Source: a bacterium (lineage in GTDB: Bacteria; Zhuqueibacterota; Zhuqueibacteria; Residuimicrobiales; Oceaniaggregativiventaceae). Taken from it: a stretch of DNA of 64,000 bases. Made by a program: the position numbers and the translations under genes. This document shows positions 56,834 to 64,000 of the stretch, one piece after another. Within the stretch, counting starts at the first letter, position 1; every line of letters starts with the position of its first letter. The notes under the pieces are model-generated. The model worked only from the letters and a program-made list of their open reading frames with translations, was not told the DNA's origin and did not search any database. Location: contig JAKQNP010000021.1 of the NCBI GenBank assembly GCA_029565675.1, positions 97,630-161,629 on the forward strand. The letters run 5' to 3'.

Positions 56834-57733
56834 ATGCGATGGCAGGCAGCTGCGGTTCTTGGGGTGTTGCTGGCGACAACCTTCAGCGCCACCGCCCGCG
56901 AATACAGAGTCTATTTTCTCGGTGGTCAGTCCAATATGGAGGGTTACGGCAAGTTCCAGGATTTGCCGGCCGATCTGCAACAGGTGCAGGAAAACGTGTG
57001 GATTTTTCACGGCAACACCGCTCTCGATGATCAGCCAGGCGGCGGGGCAGGGATTTGGGCGCCTCTGCAGCCCGGCCACGGCGCCGGATTCGCTTTTCAA
57101 GAAGGCCGGAACCTTTATTCAGAACGCTTTGGCATCGAATTGAGCTTTGCCAAACGGTTGCAGGAATTGCAGCCGGCAGAAGGCATCGCGTTGATCAAAT
57201 ACGCCCGCGGCGGCTCTTCCATCGCCATCGCCGCCGCCCGCCAGTTCGGCTGCTGGGATGCCGATTACCGCGACAGCACCGCTGTCAACCAATATGACCA
57301 CTTTCTCGCGACGGTGCGGCAGGCTTTTGCGATCCGCGATATCGACGGCGACGGCCAGGAGGATACGCTGGTTCCCGCCGGAATCGTGTGGATGCAGGGT
57401 GAAAGCGACGCCGACGTCGACCGGGAGGTGGCCTTTGCCTATCGTGACAATCTCAAAAGATTGATGGATCTGATCCGCGCCGCCTTGCGGGTCGATGATC
57501 TGCCGGTGGTGATCGGCCGGATCTCCGATTCGGGACGGGATACGGATGGCAGGGTTTGGAACTATGGCGAGATTGTGCGGCATGTGCAGGCGGAATTTGT
57601 CGAGCGGGATCCGGCAGCCGCTCTGGTCACCGAGACAGACGCCTATGGCTATTCAGACAAATGGCATTACGACAGCGCGGGCTTTATCGATCTGGGCAAA
57701 CGGTTTGCCGAAGCCGTTTTTCGATTGCATTAG
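56834..57733 (+). CDS. SGNH-hydrolase, sialate O-acetylesterase-like (DUF303/SASA) carbohydrate esterase, secreted
   Basis: Signal peptide; the GQSNMEG motif near the N-terminus; DxxH at the C-terminus (WHYDSAG). Confidence 0.75.
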   Translation: MRWQAAAVLGVLLATTFSATAREYRVYFLGGQSNMEGYGKFQDLPADLQQVQENVWIFHGNTALDDQPGGGAGIWAPLQPGHGAGFAFQEGRNLYSERFGIELSFAKRLQELQPAEGIALIKYARGGSSIAIAAARQFGCWDADYRDSTAVNQYDHFLATVRQAFAIRDIDGDGQEDTLVPAGIVWMQGESDADVDREVAFAYRDNLKRLMDLIRAALRVDDLPVVIGRISDSGRDTDGRVWNYGEIVRHVQAEFVERDPAAALVTETDAYGYSDKWHYDSAGFIDLGKRFAEAVFRLH

Positions 57734-58157
57734 GCAGAACAACCAGGATGAAGAAGCCTTTATCGTCGCGCTTTCGGCTCGCCTGCAAGCGGAACGAGAT
57801 GCTTATTCGAAGTAGCGATCTTTCCGATTCCGCGTTTCATCTTTGCCGGCTGATCCGGCTTTGCCGGAAAAGGTGATGAACGACTGCAATTTTTTGCCAC
57901 AACTATCTGCAATTTCTCAGAAACTTTTTTCTTCCGGTTTCGTACGTGCATTTAGATGCTTCTCGATCATTGGGTGAAGCAGGCAAAGCACTTGCCGTTC
58001 CGGACAGTACAACCAAACTCGAACCACAACCGGAAAAACTGACGGCCAGGCAACCCTGAACCAGCTTCACAGCCAGAGCATTTGGAGGGGAGCACTTATT
58101 GGTTGAATTGGATTCGATTGATCGATCATTCTGATTTCGACGGGGAGAGAGCAGAGA

Positions 58158-60017
58158 ATGAGACGCTGGGGTGGACTCTTTTTGATTTTTCTGGCGTTTG
58201 GATGTCAGAAAAAAACCGTGGTGCGCACCATCGATGAGTTGCCGCTGTTCCATTATCCTGTGCAGGCATCGGTGGCGGAGTGGGTTGCGAACGACACTTT
58301 GTTCATGCAATTGGCCAAACAGGTCAAAATTGATCAAGAGAAGATTCTGCGCCATTACCAAATCGAGGATTCGAGCGCGCAGAAACGGATTTACTATACC
58401 CTGTTGAACGTCGCGATGCTGGAAAAGGATCACGATCGAGTGCTCTCTTTGATCGAAAAACTGCGTTCCATCGAAAAAAAACCAGCCGACCGCATGGTTA
58501 CCGGCTTGATCCTTGAGAGCATGACGCGCGCGAAAATTGCCGCCGGCGAGACGGGCGATTATCGGGAGCAGTTCCGCCGAATTTTGACCGAACAAACCGA
58601 TTCCTTGCCGTGGACGGTGGTGCATAGACAAATCATCGCGCTTAAGGGAAGACTCGAGCTTTGGAACGCCAATCTGCTTTCCGGTACCTATGAAAGCCAG
58701 ATTCAACCTTCAGTTGACAAGACCGGCGAACTGAGCGGCGAACAGGCCGCGATCCTGGTCAGTCTCAAAGTCTATTTGCAGGAGCTCGCCCCGCTGCAGG
58801 ACGATGCGATCGCGGTCCTGGAACCTCTGATCCAATCGCATGCCTCGGACAAGCCGGATATTTGGAAAGAGCGCAGTATCGCCCTGAGCGAAAAGGATGA
58901 AGCGCAACCGATCGTCATCGGTATCTGGGATACAGGCGTTGATGCGAGTGTCTTTCCCAAACGCATGTTCATCAATCGCCGCGAAAGGGCCGATGGGCTG
59001 GACAATGACGGCAACGGATTCGTCGACGATATTCACGGAATCGCCTACAACCTGCAGGAAGACAAAAGCACGGATCTGCTGTTGCCGATTTCCTCGGAAC
59101 AACGGAAAAAATTGCCGCTGATCAAGCAGGATGTCAAGGGTCTGCTCGATCTGCTCGCCGGGATCGACAGCCCGCAGAGTTCCCAACTGAAAAAGAAGAT
59201 CGCCGAACTGCAAAAGCACGAGGTGCAGGTTTTTCAGGAAGAAACCAATCTGTTCGCCTTATATGTGCACGGCACGCACGTGGCCGGTATCGCCGTCAAA
59301 GACAACCCGTTTGCCCGCATTCTCATCGCGCGCGTCAGCTTTGACTATCACACGATCCAACAGCCGTTTTCAATCGAATTGGCGCAAACTTCGGCGCGAA
59401 ATTATTGCGAGACCGTGCGCTATTTCCAGCTGAACGGCGTGCGGGTGGTCAATGTAAGCTGGGGACTGTCGTTCTCCGAAATCGAAAGGAATCTGGAATC
59501 GAATGGAATCGGCGGCAGCCAGCAGGAACGGCGCGAACTGGCCAGGAAAATCTTTGCCGTCTATCGGGATGGACTCTATCAGGCGTTGCAAAGTGCTCCG
59601 GAGATTCTTTTCCTCACCGCTGCCGGCAATACCAACAGCGACGTCGCCTTTGATGAATTCATCCCCTCGGCTTTTGATCTGCCCAATCTGTTGACGGTGG
59701 CGGCTGTCGATCAGGCCGGCGAACCAACTTCTTTCACCAGTTTCGGCAAAAGCGTCGATCTCTACGCCAATGGCTTTGAGATCGAAAGCACCATCCCCGG
59801 CGGCGATGTCCTGGTTTTTTCCGGCACATCGATGGCTGCGCCCCAAGTGACCAATCTGGCTGCCAAATTGCTGGCCCTCGACCCGGCCCTGACCACCGCC
59901 GATTTGCTTTCCCTGATCCTTACCGGCGCCGATCAGAAAAATGGCGGCAAGGTGCCGCTTATCAACCCTGCCGAATCGTACCGCCTGTTAAAAGAAGAAC
60001 TTGCTGGCGAAAGATGA
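58158..60017 (+). CDS. S8-family subtilisin-like serine peptidase, lipoprotein with a ~250-aa N-terminal extension
   Basis: Lipobox LAFGC; the catalytic triad contexts GIWDTGVD, HGTHVAGIA and GTSMAAPQV. Confidence 0.85.
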   Translation: MRRWGGLFLIFLAFGCQKKTVVRTIDELPLFHYPVQASVAEWVANDTLFMQLAKQVKIDQEKILRHYQIEDSSAQKRIYYTLLNVAMLEKDHDRVLSLIEKLRSIEKKPADRMVTGLILESMTRAKIAAGETGDYREQFRRILTEQTDSLPWTVVHRQIIALKGRLELWNANLLSGTYESQIQPSVDKTGELSGEQAAILVSLKVYLQELAPLQDDAIAVLEPLIQSHASDKPDIWKERSIALSEKDEAQPIVIGIWDTGVDASVFPKRMFINRRERADGLDNDGNGFVDDIHGIAYNLQEDKSTDLLLPISSEQRKKLPLIKQDVKGLLDLLAGIDSPQSSQLKKKIAELQKHEVQVFQEETNLFALYVHGTHVAGIAVKDNPFARILIARVSFDYHTIQQPFSIELAQTSARNYCETVRYFQLNGVRVVNVSWGLSFSEIERNLESNGIGGSQQERRELARKIFAVYRDGLYQALQSAPEILFLTAAGNTNSDVAFDEFIPSAFDLPNLLTVAAVDQAGEPTSFTSFGKSVDLYANGFEIESTIPGGDVLVFSGTSMAAPQVTNLAAKLLALDPALTTADLLSLILTGADQKNGGKVPLINPAESYRLLKEELAGER

Positions 60018-60073
60018 GAAAACAGCGGCTGCTAGGGTGAATAAAACGGTGTAGCAAAAGGTTCAAATCGAAA

Positions 60074-60100
60074 GAGAGGTATTTGAAAACTCTCTTTTTT
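60074..60100 (+). terminator. Rho-independent terminator after the S8 peptidase gene
   Basis: AGAGAG-gtatttgaaaa-CTCTCT, followed by a T8 run. Confidence 0.65.
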
Positions 60101-60109
60101 TATCCCGAA

Positions 60110-60140
60110 TTAAACAATTGTTTAAAACAAGTGTTTAAAT
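60110..60140 (+). promoter_or_regulatory. Two adjacent palindromes (TTAAACAATTGTTTAA; TTAAAACAAGTGTTTAAA) directly upstream of a tetR-family gene, which are candidate TetR operators
   Basis: Read directly at 60110-60125 and 60122-60139, about 25 bp upstream of the start codon. Confidence 0.5.
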
Positions 60141-60162
60141 CCACAATCGAATCGAGGCTGTA

Positions 60163-60786
60163 ATGGATGCGCAAAGAGATGCGGTGCGATCTCGTCTGGT
60201 AATCGCTGCGATTGAATGTCTGGAAAAGGAGGGGATGCACGGCGTCAGGGTGCGCTCGATCGCACGGCAGGCCGGCGTCAATGCCGCCGCCATCAACTAT
60301 TATTTTGGCAACAAAGAGACTTTAATCGGTCTTGCCCTGGAGCAAGCCTTGCAAGAAGCCTTTATCAACAACTCGCGCCAATGTTTTGAACAGATGGGTC
60401 TTGCACCTCTTCCGGCGTTGCGCCGATATTGCCTGGATACCCTGGAAGGCGGCTTGCGCCACCCCCGTCTGACCAAAGCCTTTTTTTCCGGAAGCGGCAT
60501 AAACGAAGCGAAGCAGATTTCCATGACCCGGCGCTTTCAAACGTTGATCGACTATCTGCAAAAGCACCTGCATCCGGTTGTCGCAGCAAAGGATCGTGCG
60601 GATATGCCTCTCAGACTCATGCAACTGCTCGGTGTCGTGATCTTTGCCGCCATCGATGGCGCTCTGGTGCGCGCAACAACAGGCATCGACCTCTCAAACG
60701 ATGACCAGCGGCAACGCTACATCGATCTTCTGCTGGCCCGATTTTTTCCGTCGCAGAACATTGGTGAAAAAGGTGAAAACCGATGA
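60163..60786 (+). CDS. TetR/AcrR-family transcriptional regulator
   Basis: The N-terminal HTH SIARQAGVNAAAINYYFGNKETL. Confidence 0.85.
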   Translation: MDAQRDAVRSRLVIAAIECLEKEGMHGVRVRSIARQAGVNAAAINYYFGNKETLIGLALEQALQEAFINNSRQCFEQMGLAPLPALRRYCLDTLEGGLRHPRLTKAFFSGSGINEAKQISMTRRFQTLIDYLQKHLHPVVAAKDRADMPLRLMQLLGVVIFAAIDGALVRATTGIDLSNDDQRQRYIDLLLARFFPSQNIGEKGENR

Positions 60787-63101
60787 AAATCTGCAAATTG
60801 AAAGGCACGGTTTGGTGCTGCTTTTTCATCGCCCTGGTTTTGTTCTCCGGCAACTGCATGGCCGATGCCGAGCCGACAGGAACGATCGAGGGTCGGGTCG
60901 TTGAGGCAGAGAGCCAAACGCCCTTGCCGGGCACCAATGTTCTGGTGCTGGGAACGCCCCTGGGTGCAGCGACAGATGCAGACGGGCGATTCAGGATTGC
61001 CAGGGTACCGGTGGGCAATTGGGTGTTGCGTTTCGATTATATCGGGTACGGTTCGCTGAGCAAACCGGACATCATCGTGCGGCCGCAACGCATCACTTCC
61101 GTGCGGGTGGAGTTGCAGTCGGCCATTCTCGATGGCGAAACCGTTCGCGTGCGGGCGGGCTATTTTCCTGCAGATGCAGGCGAACAACTCAGCGCTGTGC
61201 GCTTTAGCGCCGAGGAAGTTCGGCGCGCCCCTGGCTCGGCCGGCGATGTGAGCCGGATCATGATGAGTCTGCCGGGTGTGGCCAAGATTAACGACCAAAG
61301 CAACAGCCTGATCGTGCGCGGCGGCAGTCCGATCGAAAATGTTTTTTTTCTCGACTATATCGAGATTTCCAATATCAACCATTTTCCTGTGCAGGGATCT
61401 TCGGGTGGTCCGATTGGAATCCTCAATGTCGATTTCATCGACGGTGTGCGTTTTCATACCGGCGGATTTTCCGCTCTATGGGGCGACAAGCTCTCATCGG
61501 TTATGGAACTCTATCTGCGCGAAGGCAATCGCAGCGAGTTCGACGGTCAGGTCGATCTGAATTTTGCCGGGTTTGGCGGGGTGATCGAAGGTCCCTGGGC
61601 GAACGGCAAAGGTTCACTCCTCCTATCCTTGCGACGCAGTTATCTCGATTGGTTGGTCCAAATCATCGATATGGGCACCTCCATTGCACCGCGCTATGGC
61701 GATGCACAGGGCAAAGCCGTCTTTGATTTGCATCCGAATCATCAACTCGCTGCGCTTTTCGTCGTCAGCGATGAACACAACTCGCCCGATCGTCGCACCG
61801 CCCTGGAAAATGATATGGTCTATTACGGTGTGCAGAACAACCTTCGCTATACAGCCGGGGTGAATTGGCGGGCTTTGTGGACTCGAAAGGCATTTTCGCA
61901 GACGTCGCTCTCGTTTTCCAGCAACCGATTTAATGAAGACTTTTATACCGCCAGCACCACCTCGCCGATCAGCCGGAACCGCACGGTTGAGCGCAGCGCA
62001 CAGCTGCGGCAGACAACTCACCTCCGGCTGCATGACCATTTTTCCTTGGATCTCGGCTTCGATGTCAAGGCCATTGCCGATGATTGCGATCAGACCCTCT
62101 TCGATTCGATCGATATCCTGGGACAGCCGGTTGCAGCCTTGAGCTTTTCCCCCGCGATACGGGAAAGTAAACTCGGTGTTTTCCTGAATTCATCCTGGCG
62201 CTTTGCCGATGCCTGGACGCTGGAATTTGGCGTGCGCACCGATCATTTCAGCGCAACGAAGCGGACTCTTTTGGCACCGCGCGGCGCGCTGAATTGGCAG
62301 GTGGGTCCGCGGACATCCTTAAGTCTGGCGGCAGGGATCTATCACCAGACATTGCCCGGAATCTTGTTCTACCAGTCGCAGGCGTTCCGTTTGCTGCGCG
62401 ATCCCCGCTCCAGGCATTTGGTTGTGGGAATTACCCACTTGCTGACCGAGAGCACGCAGCTGACGGTCGAGGCGTATGACAAACAATACGACCGTTTCCC
62501 GCTCGATCCAACTCAGCCGGGTTTGTTCGTGATCGATGAGATTGTATACGATTATGGCTTTTTCCTGAGTCACCATCAGTTGCTCGACAGCGGCCGCGCT
62601 GACGCCTGCGGAATCGAAATCATGGTGCAGAAAAAACTCGCCCGGAACATCTATGGTTTGGCCGGCGCGTCGATTTCGCGCAGCCGCTACCGCGGCTTGG
62701 ATGGGATGTGGCGGCCCAGAGTCTTTGACAATCGGTTCAACTTTAGCGTTGAAGGCGGTTACAAGCCCGGCAACCGCTGGGAGTTCAGCGCGCGCTGGAT
62801 CATGGCCGGCGGCAGTCCCTATACGCCCTTTGATCTGCAGGCCAGTGCTGCGCGGCAGCGAGCCGTTTTGGATGAACAGCGCATCAACCAGGCGCGCTAT
62901 CCCGATTACCATTCGCTGAATGTCCGTGCCGATCGGCGCTTTCCTTTCAAGAGCTCCAATCTGGTGATCTATCTCAGCATCTGGAATGTCTATCAGCGCA
63001 AAAATGTGGCGGGCTATTTCTGGAATCCGAATCAGAACCGCATCGAACCGCTCTACCAGTGGTCGATGATGCCGATCTTCGGCCTGGAATATGAATTTTG
63101 A
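60783..63101 (+). CDS. TonB-dependent outer-membrane receptor with an N-terminal carboxypeptidase-regulatory-like domain
   Basis: Signal peptide, a CarbopepD_reg-like domain (GTIEGRVVEAESQTPLPGTNVLV...DGRFRI), a plug-like region, and a long beta-barrel ending in an aromatic residue (...LEYEF). It overlaps tetR by 4 bp. Confidence 0.75.
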   Translation: MKICKLKGTVWCCFFIALVLFSGNCMADAEPTGTIEGRVVEAESQTPLPGTNVLVLGTPLGAATDADGRFRIARVPVGNWVLRFDYIGYGSLSKPDIIVRPQRITSVRVELQSAILDGETVRVRAGYFPADAGEQLSAVRFSAEEVRRAPGSAGDVSRIMMSLPGVAKINDQSNSLIVRGGSPIENVFFLDYIEISNINHFPVQGSSGGPIGILNVDFIDGVRFHTGGFSALWGDKLSSVMELYLREGNRSEFDGQVDLNFAGFGGVIEGPWANGKGSLLLSLRRSYLDWLVQIIDMGTSIAPRYGDAQGKAVFDLHPNHQLAALFVVSDEHNSPDRRTALENDMVYYGVQNNLRYTAGVNWRALWTRKAFSQTSLSFSSNRFNEDFYTASTTSPISRNRTVERSAQLRQTTHLRLHDHFSLDLGFDVKAIADDCDQTLFDSIDILGQPVAALSFSPAIRESKLGVFLNSSWRFADAWTLEFGVRTDHFSATKRTLLAPRGALNWQVGPRTSLSLAAGIYHQTLPGILFYQSQAFRLLRDPRSRHLVVGITHLLTESTQLTVEAYDKQYDRFPLDPTQPGLFVIDEIVYDYGFFLSHHQLLDSGRADACGIEIMVQKKLARNIYGLAGASISRSRYRGLDGMWRPRVFDNRFNFSVEGGYKPGNRWEFSARWIMAGGSPYTPFDLQASAARQRAVLDEQRINQARYPDYHSLNVRADRRFPFKSSNLVIYLSIWNVYQRKNVAGYFWNPNQNRIEPLYQWSMMPIFGLEYEF

Positions 63102-63280
63102 ACCGTGCACCATTTCGCGCTGCGCGTTTCGTCTTGCCAATTGCCGCTGCCTTTGGCGGGCAATCCACGCGGCACCACCAAGGCCATTTGCATGCCGGGT
63201 TAACGGCTGCAAAGATCGAATTTTAGCAAAATTGCACTGGAAATCTTGCCGCAGATTGGGTATATTGTTGCGACATTCAG

Positions 63281-63961
63281 ATGCTCAGGAGCGGCGGTAT
63301 GGTTCAGACAGCGGTTTTGTTCGACAACGACGGTGTTTTGGTCGATTCGGAAATCCTTTTTTTTCGCGCCAGCCGGGAAATCCTGGCGGAAATCGGTCTG
63401 GATCTTTCGCTCGAAATCTATCGGCAGATTACCCTGGTTGAGGGCGGCAGTTCGATCGAGCTGGCGAACCAAAAGGGACTCGATCGTCAGGCCATCGAAG
63501 CGTTGCGGCAAAAGCGCAACCGCGTCTATGAACATTTGCTGGTTTCCGAGATGCGGATTTGCGACGGCGTTGAAGAGACCTTGCACACCCTGCATGGCCG
63601 TGTGCGCATGGGTGTGGTGAGCAGCACCTCCCGCAGCCATTTCGACTTGATCCATGCGCAGACCGGTCTGCGGCGCTATTTCGATTTTGTGCTGACGCGA
63701 GAGAACTATGAACGCCTCAAGCCCGATCCGGATCCCTATTTGACGGCAGTGCAGCGCTATGGTCTGGATTCCGGTTCCTGCTGGGTGGTCGAGGATACCG
63801 AGCGCGGGCTAAAGTCGGCGCAGGCCGCCGGACTTCCCTGTCTGGTGGTGCCGACCGATCTGAACCGCGGATCCGCTTTCAGCGGCGCCTATCGCGTTTT
63901 GTCGTCCATTCGTGAAATCCTGCCAATCGTTTTGCCGCCGGAACAAAGTTCACACAACTAA
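63281..63961 (+). CDS. HAD-superfamily hydrolase (HAD-IA, beta-phosphoglucomutase-like)
   Basis: AVLFDNDGVLVDSE (motif I); VVSSTSR (motif II); a C-terminal VVEDTERGLKSAQAAG (motif III/IV). Confidence 0.75.
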   Translation: MLRSGGMVQTAVLFDNDGVLVDSEILFFRASREILAEIGLDLSLEIYRQITLVEGGSSIELANQKGLDRQAIEALRQKRNRVYEHLLVSEMRICDGVEETLHTLHGRVRMGVVSSTSRSHFDLIHAQTGLRRYFDFVLTRENYERLKPDPDPYLTAVQRYGLDSGSCWVVEDTERGLKSAQAAGLPCLVVPTDLNRGSAFSGAYRVLSSIREILPIVLPPEQSSHN

Positions 63962-64000
63962 GGGATATCCATGGAAAAGCGGAGATTCGGTCGATCCGAT

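Noticed and set aside
57903-58706. 267-aa minus-strand ORF
   Set aside because: It overlaps the N-terminus of the S8 peptidase gene, which has a lipobox and catalytic triad. No support for it.

Overview
This is a high-GC (about 58-62%) bacterial contig with dense, mostly co-directional coding. It is probably from a polysaccharide-degrading member of the FCB superphylum, because one secreted protein carries a type IX secretion (Por) C-terminal sorting domain.

The main feature is a 12-gene, same-strand bacterial microcompartment (BMC) locus at 22070-33647. It encodes three BMC-P vertex proteins, one BMC-H, one PduT-like Fe-S BMC-T, a PduS-like RnfC flavoprotein, PduL, a CoA-acylating aldehyde dehydrogenase, a FucA-like class II aldolase, acetate kinase, L-fucose isomerase and rhamnulokinase. 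This is an aldolase-type, PVM-like fucose/rhamnose BMC with unusual accessory content. It sits downstream of three tandem Hsp20 genes and a recognisable promoter-operator, and is followed by an 8-bp x 12 tandem repeat plus a terminator.

Other content: GH51, GH2 and SGNH esterase genes, a beta-propeller GH-like protein, a BlaI/BlaR1(M56)-TonB module, a URO-D/MtaA-like methyltransferase fused to thioredoxin-like domains and coupled to a CobW-like GTPase, an RND efflux pair, an NfeD-SPFH pair, a GAF-PP2C phosphatase next to a frameshifted Ser/Thr kinase-TPR gene, and a TetR-controlled TonB-dependent receptor.

A lower-GC island at about 38.4-41.6 kb carries a Pro-rich small protein, a divergent squalene/phytoene-synthase-like gene and vapBC. 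Two gene remnants lie at 11.8-12.8 kb. A 570-bp noncoding MITE-like element at 54.3-54.8 kb has about 85-nt terminal inverted repeats and internal hairpins. A dispersed family of GATTCGG...CCGAATC hairpin repeats is also present. No rRNA, tRNA or CRISPR array was recognised.
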